Source of the DNA: a virus
Lineage: Duplodnaviria; Heunggongvirae; Uroviricota; Caudoviricetes
IMG/VR virus record: IMGVR_UViG_2675903538_000004
Strand: one strand, 5' to 3'
DNA: 64,000 nt
In this document: piece after piece, positions 55,324 through 64,000 of the stretch
Layout of the letters: each line of letters starts with the position of its first letter
How positions within the stretch are numbered: the stretch's first letter is position 1
Notes under the pieces: generated by a model
Database searches by the model: none
What the model saw: only the letters and a program-made list of their open reading frames with translations
What the model was told of the DNA's origin: nothing
Program-made: the position numbers and the translations under genes

Positions 55324-56322
55324 TTATCCGTTACCGCACGACGGTTTCTGCGTGATAAACGTCTCAAGCATCTTTTCCGCAATTGCCGACCAGGTGTGAC
55401 ACTGGACCTTTTCAGCATTTTTCACGCGATCAACGCGAGCAATAACCTCATCCCAATCAATCCGCGACTTGATAACCATATGGTTCACCAAAGCCAAGCG
55501 ATCTGGCGGAAGGCAATCGGGAGGCGTTAATACCAACGCCCCGCACATTGCCGCCTCAAGTACAGTTAATCCAAGGCTTTCGGGATGCGTAACGATAAAC
55601 ACGTCACTCTTACGCAATTCAGCTGCAAATTCGGTTGCTGGCACCGGCGTCCGCCTGTATGGAGTTACCGAAATATTCCCCGGATCAATGGTAACCAATC
55701 CGTCATCAGTCAACGTTCTGGCCTCATACGGAACGGTCAGACGCTGAAGGTTCATAAGGATACTTAAGGAGTGATCAAAACCACTAACATCAAATGCAGC
55801 GTGGTCTACAAAAATACGCAGAACATCGTCCGTTTTGGTTTCCAGATGGAACAGCTCCTGATTCGCTGCCCATCCAACATGTTTGTTAAAACGATTATGA
55901 CGCTCTAACCTGCCGGGATTATCCAGGTACCGCCAGGTATCATCGCGGACAGTAAAAGTAATATCGACTGGTGCCGAATCCAGCATAGAACCGTCATATA
56001 CCTGGGCTACCCATCCAGAGAATCGGCGACACAGTTGCATGCCTATTTCCCTGGGTACCGTAGTAAAATACCTCAATCCTGGTGCCAAAATGGCCTTCGC
56101 AGAACATGCGGTCGCAGCAGTCAACACAGCTTCAACATAATCCTCCGGGCTTTCGACGCCAGGGGAATATGGACGATGGTATTGCAATGTTACCCCTGCC
56201 TCACTAAAGGCGCAGGCCAGGTTATAAGCCCACATTTCCGTATATGTTTTCACATCACTGATAGCTTCAAATTTTCGCCCAATGATCAGGATGTTCATCG
56301 GCTTTTCCTCATTCCATTGCAT
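55324..56322 (-). CDS. GT4-type glycosyltransferase-like protein
   Basis: THPESLGLTVLEAAMCGALV resembles the E-x7-E motif of retaining GT4 enzymes; immediately downstream of ban. Confidence 0.5.
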   Translation of the reverse strand: MQWNEEKPMNILIIGRKFEAISDVKTYTEMWAYNLACAFSEAGVTLQYHRPYSPGVESPEDYVEAVLTAATACSAKAILAPGLRYFTTVPREIGMQLCRRFSGWVAQVYDGSMLDSAPVDITFTVRDDTWRYLDNPGRLERHNRFNKHVGWAANQELFHLETKTDDVLRIFVDHAAFDVSGFDHSLSILMNLQRLTVPYEARTLTDDGLVTIDPGNISVTPYRRTPVPATEFAAELRKSDVFIVTHPESLGLTVLEAAMCGALVLTPPDCLPPDRLALVNHMVIKSRIDWDEVIARVDRVKNAEKVQCHTWSAIAEKMLETFITQKPSCGNG

Positions 56323-57692
56323 TAATAATCCTCTTGCCAGTCAGCACCAGCATAGTTATCAAACCGTGAGTATTGGCCGTTAAAAGCCAATCTCACCGTG
56401 CCAATTGGGCCATTTCGTTGCTTTCCGATAATTACCTCGGCAATGCCCTTCATTTCGCTATCCGGGTGATAAACTTCGTCGCGATACAGAAACATGATCA
56501 GGTCTGCGTCCTGCTCAATTGCTCCTGATTCACGTAAATCTGAATTTACCGGTCGTTTGTCCGCACGCTGTTCAAGCGATCGATTAAGTTGTGACAATGC
56601 CACCACCGGTACTTGTAATTCCTTCGCCAACGCCTTCAGTGAGCGAGAAATCTCGGCAATTTCCAGCGTTCGGTTATCTTGCAGCTCGGGGACGCGCATA
56701 AGTTGCAGGTAGTCGATCATAATCATGCTCAAACCACCATTTTCTTTATAAACACGACGAGCGCGGGAACGAAGCTCTGTAGGTGTCAGGGCGCTTGAGT
56801 CATCAATAAAAATATTCTGCTTGTCCAACAGAATACCCATTGCGCCAGAAACCCGCGCCCAATCCTCGTCGTTAAGTTGCCCTGTCCGAATACGAGTCTG
56901 ATCAACGCGTGCAAGAGAAGCCAGTGAGCGCATCATCAGCTGGTGGCTCGGCATCTCAAGGCTAAAAACCAATACGGGCTTATCGTTACGAACTGCGGCA
57001 TTTTCGACGAGATTCATCGCAAACGTGGTCTTCCCCATAGATGGGCGGGCGGCGACAATGATGAGATCGGACGGCTGAAGCCCTGCCGTCTTCTTATTGA
57101 TATCGGTAAATCCCGTATCAAGCCCCGTTACACCATCATGTGGTCGCTGAAACAACTCTTCTATGCGAGATACCGTTGCATCGAGAATGCTGGCGATATC
57201 TTTTGGACCACTACCGCTCTTTTGTCGTTTTTCAGCTATTTCAAAAACGCGGCGCTCGGCCATATCCAGCAATTCATTGCTGCCCCTGCCATCCTGCGCA
57301 TATCCAGCTTCGGCTATTTCATTTGCGACGGAAATCATTTCACGAACAACCGCGCGTTCACGAACGATATCCGCATAAGCACAAATATTTGCCGCGCTGG
57401 GCGTGTTCTTTGACATCTCCGCAAGGTACGCAAAACCACCGGCGCGTTCTAATTTACCGTTCTGTTCAAGTGCTTCAGCAAGTGTTATCAAATCAATCGG
57501 TTTGCCATGACTTAATAACCTCTCCATCTCACTGAAAATTTCACGATGAGCACTGGTATAAAAATCATCAGCAACTATACGATCTGCAACTTCATCCCAG
57601 CGGCAGTTATCAAGCATTAAGCCACCAAGTACAGCTTGTTCTGCACTAAGGGAATTTGGCATGGATTCAAGAGGGGATGCAGACATTAGCAC
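56322..57692 (-). CDS. ban: DnaB-family replicative helicase (Ban)
   Basis: 456 aa; Walker A ARPSMGKTTFAMN and DnaB N-terminal domain. Confidence 0.9.
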   Translation of the reverse strand: MLMSASPLESMPNSLSAEQAVLGGLMLDNCRWDEVADRIVADDFYTSAHREIFSEMERLLSHGKPIDLITLAEALEQNGKLERAGGFAYLAEMSKNTPSAANICAYADIVRERAVVREMISVANEIAEAGYAQDGRGSNELLDMAERRVFEIAEKRQKSGSGPKDIASILDATVSRIEELFQRPHDGVTGLDTGFTDINKKTAGLQPSDLIIVAARPSMGKTTFAMNLVENAAVRNDKPVLVFSLEMPSHQLMMRSLASLARVDQTRIRTGQLNDEDWARVSGAMGILLDKQNIFIDDSSALTPTELRSRARRVYKENGGLSMIMIDYLQLMRVPELQDNRTLEIAEISRSLKALAKELQVPVVALSQLNRSLEQRADKRPVNSDLRESGAIEQDADLIMFLYRDEVYHPDSEMKGIAEVIIGKQRNGPIGTVRLAFNGQYSRFDNYAGADWQEDY

Positions 57693-57972
57693 TCCACCCA
57701 GGCGTGCTGAATGTCAGATATAATCGGCATACTCAAATCACTCCTAACGATATGAGTCATCACCAGAAAATCAGGATTAATGCGCCGGACTCTTCCCGGC
57801 TGTCACACCGAATCGCCAGGATGGTGAATCCCTTTACCCGAGAAACAACAAACGGTGGCTTGCACATTCCGGCTACCTGGTTCGTTGCCTGAGCTAGGGG
57901 CAAGGTTCCCCCCTTTTAACGTCACCAGACCGCTAACGACGCATGTGCCAGACGCCGTGTTACAACCAAATA

Positions 57973-58048
57973 TGGTGGCCCCTACCGGACTTGAACCGGT
58001 GACCGTGCGATTATGAGTCGCCAGCTCTAACCACTGAGCTAAAGGGCC
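57973..58048 (-). tRNA. tRNA with CAU anticodon (Ile2/lysidine-type or Met)
   Basis: 76 nt GGCCCTTTAGCTCAGTGGTTAGAGC..CTCATAA..GGTTCAAGTCC..GGGGCCACCA; cloverleaf folds by hand; resembles E. coli ileX (from memory). Confidence 0.85.
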
Positions 58049-58075
58049 GGATTACTGCCAATTTTGCTTACGCTT

Positions 58076-58903
58076 TTATTTCACCGGAACAAACGGAACA
58101 GCGGTATTACTGGTCATATACTGCGGTAATGTACCGTTCCATTTGTTGATCGCTTCCAACTCCATAACACCGGGGTTCTGGCGCAGAGCTTCACCACGTA
58201 AACGAATGGCATCAGCTTCGGCCTGGGCTTTTGTGCGAATAGCATCAGCCTGTCCGGCAGCTTCCGCGCGCAGCATGTTGGCCTCTGCTTCACGTTGTTT
58301 GACCTCTTGCTCGCGTTGCAGGGTTTTTTGGTTTGCCGTGACTTTGGCGTTAATACTGTCAATAACTGTTGGCGGGTATTCTGGCTTACCTACATAAGAG
58401 AGGCTCATCACCTGAATGCCGATTGGCGTCATTTCTTCCTGAATGTCTTTAAGGGCTGCATCAAGCAATTCAGATTTGCCACCGTCGATAAATTTGTCGG
58501 TGGTCATTTTGCTGGCTAACCGGTTCAGAGCATCTGCAACCTTCTGGCGTAGATCGGTATCAGTAATATCATCTACACCTTTGCGATAGGTCTGAAATAC
58601 CGTTGTGACTTTTGCTGGATCAACCTTGTAGGCTACGCCGATGTGGTAACCAATGGTTGTTCCGTCGCTCATCTGGAAGCTGAACGGCTCATCGTATGTC
58701 TTCATTTGCTTAAAGGTCGGGAAGATATAAACTTCAGTATTCAAGCCTGTCCAGTAGCGACCAACGCCAACTACTTCACCGATACCTTTATCATCCCCCA
58801 GCTTATTTACTTTGATCCCTACGTTACCTGGCTCTACCCGATCGCATCCGGTCAGACATAAAGAACCCAAAATAATCGCTGCACTAATCAACGTTTTTTT
58901 CAT
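58076..58903 (-). CDS. plp: SPFH/band-7 domain lipoprotein
   Basis: Lipobox LTGC after signal peptide; prohibitin-like core; Ala/Glu-rich C-terminal coil. Confidence 0.7.
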   Translation of the reverse strand: MKKTLISAAIILGSLCLTGCDRVEPGNVGIKVNKLGDDKGIGEVVGVGRYWTGLNTEVYIFPTFKQMKTYDEPFSFQMSDGTTIGYHIGVAYKVDPAKVTTVFQTYRKGVDDITDTDLRQKVADALNRLASKMTTDKFIDGGKSELLDAALKDIQEEMTPIGIQVMSLSYVGKPEYPPTVIDSINAKVTANQKTLQREQEVKQREAEANMLRAEAAGQADAIRTKAQAEADAIRLRGEALRQNPGVMELEAINKWNGTLPQYMTSNTAVPFVPVK

Positions 58904-59120
58904 TAATTAATTTCCTGGTTTTTTCACGAAAAAAGACTACTGCGAAAGCCGGGTAAATGAGCGCGAGAAGGACTCCCAACAATACAAGTATTGTGCTGTT
59001 AGATGAGATCATATTTGGCAAAAGCCAAACATACAGAACCAGTGACACAATCAAACAGAGGACGGCATAAATATATAACCGCACCCATAGCGTTCGACAT
59101 TTGTTCGAATTGTTCTGCAT
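58884..59120 (-). CDS. upl: small membrane protein
   Basis: 78 aa, two TM segments, overlaps plp start. Confidence 0.45.
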   Translation of the reverse strand: MQNNSNKCRTLWVRLYIYAVLCLIVSLVLYVWLLPNMISSNSTILVLLGVLLALIYPAFAVVFFREKTRKLINEKNVD

Positions 59121-59279
59121 CCTCTCACTCCATTATTTAACGAATAAAAAAGCTGCGGTGCCGGGTGCCTCCCGGTGTCCTTTGGCTGGTTATCCACCGT
59201 GGACGGGGAAACAAGGAGAAATGAATGGACTGATATAACCATTTCCCCGCGTGCGCTTAGCCGCATTCACCGCAACGGA

Positions 59280-60048
59280 AAGAGCATTCTTGGTGGACCT
59301 GTAGATTGGGATATGAACCCGTTACAGGAGAATGCTCTTACCTGTTACGTGCTCCGTTTCGTGGAGCTAACGGCGGGTGATCGGGCCGCACCAGGCTGGA
59401 CTTATTTCAGCGTTATGCTCATGCCAGAGAATCAAACTGTGATGGTCGGTGCTGAACTCCGACACAGGGTTGTAGCAAGCCCCGCAAAGCGCGCACTACT
59501 GTAGTTGCGGCACATCAGCCTGTGCATTCACCACAATGTTGAGAACACTGGTTGTCACGCTGCAACGCAACATTTATTCGTAGATTGGGATATGACCCCG
59601 TTACGCCAGTGTTCTCAACGTTGTAGTGCCGGTTACGGTTCCGGCCAGGCCTCTTCCTCAACGGGGTGTTCTCCATACGGACTACCGTTTATTGGTCGTT
59701 CCTGCGGTTTATGTTGTGAAGCCAGATGCTTATCTTCTGGTTGCTTCAAAGAGCTGCACTTCATCACAACGGTAAGAGCACTCGATGCATTTAAGCCAAG
59801 CCCCATAAGGGAGAATGCCCTTACCTGTTGTGTTGTGATGACCGGTGCTGATCTCCGGCTTGCGGTTATTTCAGACTCTCACGGGCGTTTAATTGCCCCG
59901 CCGAACAGCTCTTTTCCGCAATAGCTGCAATGTCTTTCGCGCATCAGCCTGCGCATTCATCACAACGGTAAGGGTACTTCGTAGGGATTCGAACCCTCTG
60001 CCAAGCTCGGCGATCTCCGACGTCGCAAAATACCCTTACCTGTTGTGC
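59280..60048. repeat. structured repeat region: tRNA-like fragment and repeated hairpin modules sharing CCCTTACCTGTTGTG / CAGCCTG(T/C)GCATTCA motifs
   Basis: Recurrent motifs at about 59335, 59515, 59815, 59945, 60031 (and 60471); 18-bp inverted repeat 59537-59554 / 59606-59623; T-arm-like GGGTTCGAATCCC at about 59980 without acceptor stem. Confidence 0.45.
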
Positions 60049-60124
60049 TGGTGCCGATTAACGGAATCGAACCGCTGACATCCTGCTTACAAGGCAGGCG
60101 CTCTACCAACTGAGCTAAACCGGC
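60049..60124 (-). tRNA. tRNA-Thr (UGU)
   Basis: 76 nt GCCGGTTTAGCTCAGTTGGTAGAGC..CTTGTAA..GGTTCGATTCC..CGGCACCA. Confidence 0.85.
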
Positions 60125-60126
60125 AT

Positions 60127-60202
60127 TGGCGATGGTGGATGGATTTGAACCATCGACCCGTTGATTAACAGTCAACCGCTCTAACCGCTGAGCTACACCA
60201 TC
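60127..60202 (-). tRNA. tRNA-Asn (GUU)
   Basis: 76 nt GATGGTGTAGCTCAGCGGTTAGAGC..CTGTTAA..GGTTCAAATCC..CACCATCGCCA; separated from tRNA-Thr by 2 nt. Confidence 0.85.
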
Positions 60203-60870
60203 ACTTGCCGGGTACGTCTCCGGCGAGGGCTTCCACCTCCGTATGCTTTTCGGCGCACCGCGCCCTGGCTGCAATTCGGTAACAGGGGATGCATAACCCT
60301 GGCTTCCAGCGTGATTAGCGCTTTCAGCATGACGGGATATACCCGTAAATTCGTGGAACTGTACCCAAAGTGCTGTTAAGCACCGCTGTTACGCTGAAAA
60401 GAAGACGCAACAGGAAAGGACGCTGACCAACAGATGGCCCCTTCTCGTTCATCTGGTTAATCACACCAGCGCCCTTACCTGTTGTGCCTCCCCGTTCCCT
60501 AATACACAGACGGGGACACTCTGCGGTCGATTTTTTGACGGGGGACGACTCATACCCCGTGGCGTCTGGCTTCTTATGCCGCTACCATCATCAGATCATC
60601 GTTTGCATTTACTTTAATGGTCAGTTTCTAAACCGCCGCAAAGTCGCTAACCATGACGAAAACCCTGAAAAAAACGCCCACCCGAAGATGGGCAAACTGG
60701 AAGCTCGTAACGCACTTCGGTGTTGCCACTTAGGCGTATGGTCAACCTGGCAACTCGGCGTCATGAGGGGGAAGGAGTCACTACCCCGCCATACTTGCCG
60801 CCGCGCCTGTCGCGGCTAACAGCTAAATCGCTCTATAAATCACGATTCATTGATGCGATATTACACTAAT

Positions 60871-60887
60871 AAATTTATTAGAGCAAT
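60871..60887. promoter_or_regulatory. C1 operator (perfect consensus), overlapping a second inverted half (60861-60876)
   Basis: AAATTTATTAGAGCAAT is the exact reverse complement of ATTGCTCTAATAAATTT; overlaps dmt stop; head of the leftward tRNA-plp-ban operon. Confidence 0.7.
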
Positions 60888-62896
60888 ATTGCTATAACGT
60901 CATGAGCAACACCTCGAGTGTCCCCCTTACAAGACACAGAACGTCTGGCAAAAAGAGGTTCCACTCTGAAGCCACTGTCCTGATAAAGTTCTCTGATGTT
61001 TGGCGCGCCACTGTTAGTAATGAGAACCTTTGCACCTCGGCGATGAGCATCCGTCAACAGAGACGCCAGGCGTTTTTGCTCTTCAAACTTAAAGTCATGA
61101 CCGGAATAGTTCGTGAATCCCTCTGTATTTGGGAGCGGTTCATACGGCGGATCACAAAAGATGACATCTCCTTCTCCGGCAGCTTCAATCACCGCAGCAA
61201 AATCACCACATACAAACTCAGAACGCCCTTCCGCACCAAGGAAGGCTTCCATCTCCTGCAATGGGAAATACGGAGTTTTATACTTCCCATAACCGACATT
61301 GAACTCACCGGCTTGGTTGTAACGCGTCAATCCGTTAAAACAATGTCGGTTCAGGAACAAAAACGCCGCTGCGCGATGTAAATCATCATAGACTTGTTTG
61401 TTAAACGCATTCCGTACTGCCAGGTATCCTTCCTGCGTGTTGTAGTCCTGGAAGAAACGATGTGCCAGAGTGATAAGTGAATGCGCCTCGCGTTGCAGAG
61501 TCTTGTAAAAGTTAATCAGGTCAGCATTCACATCATTTAGCAGATTTTCCTGGTATCCGGCATTCATGAAGACAGCTCCGCCACCAACGAAAGGCTCAAT
61601 CAGGCGCTTCCCTTCTGGCAAATAGCGAAAGATTTGTTCCAGAACACCAAATTTTCCACCAGCCCATTTGAATATGGACCGTTCGAATTCTGCCGCTGGT
61701 TTAACTTTTCGCTCTTTTGTTTCACTCCCTTCCTTCTGCCGACATGCAGCCTTGGCAATCCGATCGCCAATCCAGCGCATTACTGGTATCGCCATACTAT
61801 TGCCGATCGCTTTGTAACGCGGTCCGTCAGCTGCAAGCATCGCGGCCTCTTCTTCGCTCAAATCAGGATAGTTTTTGCGAAGGTATGCCAGTTCATCTGA
61901 AGAAACTTTTTTACGCTTTTCCGTAGGGATCAATGTATGTCCATCAGGAAAACCTTGCAGCCTTTCACATTCGACAGGGATAAGACGGCGCATTCTACCG
62001 TCGACGAGCAATACAATTGGTGCTTCATGGTTACATGTCAAAGTTGGTGCCGAATTATCGGTTTTTATCTCAGCCCCTCCTTGCCCATGTGCCATGGCAA
62101 CTATGTTTGTATCATCGCAAGATCTGATAGCGATGTTTGAAGTATATCTGGTAGTTTCCTTCCCCTCGCCTCTGCTCGGCGCAATATTCCGGCGCACGCC
62201 TTCGAACTCAAAAAGTACCGTTGCGGGATCGAGGTCTGTTCGAGCACTTGCGACAACAAACACGCGTCGGCGTCGTTGTGCCACTCCGAAGTATTGGGCA
62301 TCAAGGATTCTCCAGGCCACCTTTCGCTGCGGTCCATAAATACAACCACACTGCGGCCACTTTGGAGCATGGCAACCGGTTTTGCCATCCCACCGCCAGA
62401 ACGCGTTACTTTTTCCTGATTCAGGTCGATCACCTGGTTCAAATGGCGCATCTTCTCCAGCCAATCCGGCAAGGAAACATCCGAAGGCGTTATCTGCCGA
62501 TGACAGGACTCCTGGGACATTTTCCCAGACGATAACTGTCGGTTTGAGGAAGGACTCAGACCGTTTGTCGTCAATTGCATTTGCAAGCTCCACATACTTC
62601 AAAGTTAGCGCGCCGCGTTCATCATCAAGCCCACCACGTAAGCCCGCGATACTGAATGCCTGACAAGGCGTACCCCCGACGAGCACATCAGGGGATTCGA
62701 TTTCCCCAGCCAGGACTTTTTTGGCAAGTTTTGTCATGTCGCCAAGGTTGGCGACATGGGGCCAGCGGTGCGCAAGAACGGCAGATGGAAAAGGCTCGAT
62801 TTCAGCAAACCACGCCGGACGCATACCCAACGGTTCCCAGGCAATACTCGCGGCTTCAATTCCACTGCAAACAGATCCATAGCACAGCTCTTTCAC
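60878..62896 (-). CDS. dmt: two-domain DNA methyltransferase (N-terminal C5-cytosine MTase, C-terminal Dam-like N6-adenine MTase)
   Basis: GTPCQAFS and ENVPG (C5-MTase motifs) in N-terminal half; DPPY motif in C-terminal half. Confidence 0.85.
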   Translation of the reverse strand: MKELCYGSVCSGIEAASIAWEPLGMRPAWFAEIEPFPSAVLAHRWPHVANLGDMTKLAKKVLAGEIESPDVLVGGTPCQAFSIAGLRGGLDDERGALTLKYVELANAIDDKRSESFLKPTVIVWENVPGVLSSADNAFGCFLAGLAGEDAPFEPGDRPESGKSNAFWRWDGKTGCHAPKWPQCGCIYGPQRKVAWRILDAQYFGVAQRRRRVFVVASARTDLDPATVLFEFEGVRRNIAPSRGEGKETTRYTSNIAIRSCDDTNIVAMAHGQGGAEIKTDNSAPTLTCNHEAPIVLLVDGRMRRLIPVECERLQGFPDGHTLIPTEKRKKVSSDELAYLRKNYPDLSEEEAAMLAADGPRYKAIGNSMAIPVMRWIGDRIAKAACRQKEGSETKERKVKPAAEFERSIFKWAGGKFGVLEQIFRYLPEGKRLIEPFVGGGAVFMNAGYQENLLNDVNADLINFYKTLQREAHSLITLAHRFFQDYNTQEGYLAVRNAFNKQVYDDLHRAAAFLFLNRHCFNGLTRYNQAGEFNVGYGKYKTPYFPLQEMEAFLGAEGRSEFVCGDFAAVIEAAGEGDVIFCDPPYEPLPNTEGFTNYSGHDFKFEEQKRLASLLTDAHRRGAKVLITNSGAPNIRELYQDSGFRVEPLFARRSVSCKGDTRGVAHDVIAILL

Positions 62897-63798
62897 TGCT
62901 TAGCCTCTCCACCAAGGGCATTTACCAGAGCATCAACCAGGCACGAAATTTCACTGGTCAACAGGAAGAAATCTGCGTCCAGTCGCTGCGCAACATCTTC
63001 ACTATCAATATCAGAGTTCTGCTCAAGCAATTCATCCGCAAATTTGACGCTGGTAAGGCTGAAGTTATGGTCCAGTGTAAATTTAATGCGGTTCTGCCAG
63101 TCGAGTGCCAACTTAGTAACGAGCTTGCCAGCTTCCAGGTGTGTGGAAATTTCATCGCTTCCCAAATCCTGCTTTTTCACTCGGGCAATACCGCCATCCT
63201 CAAGCACTGCCTTAAGTTCTGCCGCATCCCCCATTTGAAATCCCTGTGGAGCACTACCATCACGTACCCAGTCGGTCAGCGTTAATTCAATGGGATTTTC
63301 AACACTCAGGGGAACAACAGGAAGAGAACCCAGAGACTTACGCATAAGCGCGAGCATATCCTCTGCCTGCCGCGCGCTGGCATTGATATAGATACGTTTA
63401 GTTGAACCGTCGTAGATCGCCTGGATAACAGAAAACTTTGAAAAAGCCCGTGGCAGAAGAGAATGCAGAACTTCGTCTTTCAGGGAGTCCTTCTCTGTTT
63501 TCTTCAGTTTACGCGCTTGTTCTTGCTCAAGTTTTTCAATTTTTTCTTGAATAGCTCGCTGGATAACCGGCGGGGGAAGAATTTTTGTTTCGCGCTTTGC
63601 TTCAACAAGGATAAAACCATTTCCATGCATAGCGATAACTTCGGAATTATCACCAAATGGAGATACAAAACCGAACTTGGCCATATCCTGACTACCGCAT
63701 GGCGTGAAAAGGATCATTTTCTTTTTATCTTCTAAGTCGGTCAGATCCGCCTCACGAGAAAGTTTATAAATAGTAATGTTTTTCCAGTGCTTAAACAT
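62893..63798 (-). CDS. hrdC: RdgC-like recombination-associated protein
   Basis: [63 protein letters not shown] closely matches E. coli RdgC as remembered; ATG 63798 ([13 protein letters not shown]), track start 63912 probably too long. Confidence 0.85.
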   Translation of the reverse strand: MFKHWKNITIYKLSREADLTDLEDKKKMILFTPCGSQDMAKFGFVSPFGDNSEVIAMHGNGFILVEAKRETKILPPPVIQRAIQEKIEKLEQEQARKLKKTEKDSLKDEVLHSLLPRAFSKFSVIQAIYDGSTKRIYINASARQAEDMLALMRKSLGSLPVVPLSVENPIELTLTDWVRDGSAPQGFQMGDAAELKAVLEDGGIARVKKQDLGSDEISTHLEAGKLVTKLALDWQNRIKFTLDHNFSLTSVKFADELLEQNSDIDSEDVAQRLDADFFLLTSEISCLVDALVNALGGEAKQ

Positions 63799-64000
63799 GT
63801 TGTAACCCTTGAATATCAACCACAGAAAGCTCGTCTTTGTAGAAAAAGGCCAGGTTGTGGCACCCCCTCGTTTGAGCGTATGAGCTGGGACCAATTTCGT
63901 TCTTCCAGACAAATGGCTTCAAATCCGTACGGCGAAGCATAAAAACGCGATTTGTTCCGCTCTGATTCCCAATGAGGCAAAAGCCTTCTTTCACCTTGAT

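Noticed and set aside
59970-60030. Fourth tRNA gene at the GGGTTCGAATCCC T-arm-like element
   Set aside because: No acceptor stem could be paired (no 5' partner for the 3' strand) and no canonical anticodon arm; recorded as a tRNA-like fragment within the repeat region.
59175-60819. Track ORFs 59175-59504, 59505-59924, 59960-60274 and 60484-60819
   Set aside because: They overlap the tRNA genes or the repeat and hairpin modules, mostly on the strand opposite the operon, with low-complexity translations; treated as non-coding structured RNA/DNA.

Overview
This 64-kb window reads as one contiguous stretch of a P1-like temperate phage / phage-plasmid genome. The identification rests on protein signatures and gene order compared with phage P1 from memory; no database search was run. 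Landmarks in order: a tandem library of tail-fibre receptor-binding cassettes next to a Cin/Hin-family invertase, the lydA/lydB-darA antirestriction operon, ssb, SAR-type lysozyme, prohead protease and portal, the 2255-aa DarB, ulx-lxc, a low-GC single-gene SIR2 island, ref, cre with a perfect 34-bp loxP, coi-c1 with C1 operators, pacB/pacA with pac hexamer clusters, lpa, doc/phd, humD, a run of small accessory genes, a Ser/Thr phosphatase, a baseplate-like block, ban, three tRNAs, a two-domain C5/N6 methyltransferase and an RdgC homologue. The strongest candidates for something new are (1) the AT-rich SIR2-domain gene sitting where P1 carries its type III res/mod genes, (2) the six-plus-cassette tail-fibre library, all silent and in one orientation, (3) a DUF2829 (Tad2-like) fusion protein, and (4) a structured repeat region of tRNA-like modules inside the tRNA/ban operon. 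Coordinates of short sites were hand-counted and may be off by a base or two; the ORF track translates non-ATG starts as M, and some starts have been moved to the ATG that has a ribosome-binding site.
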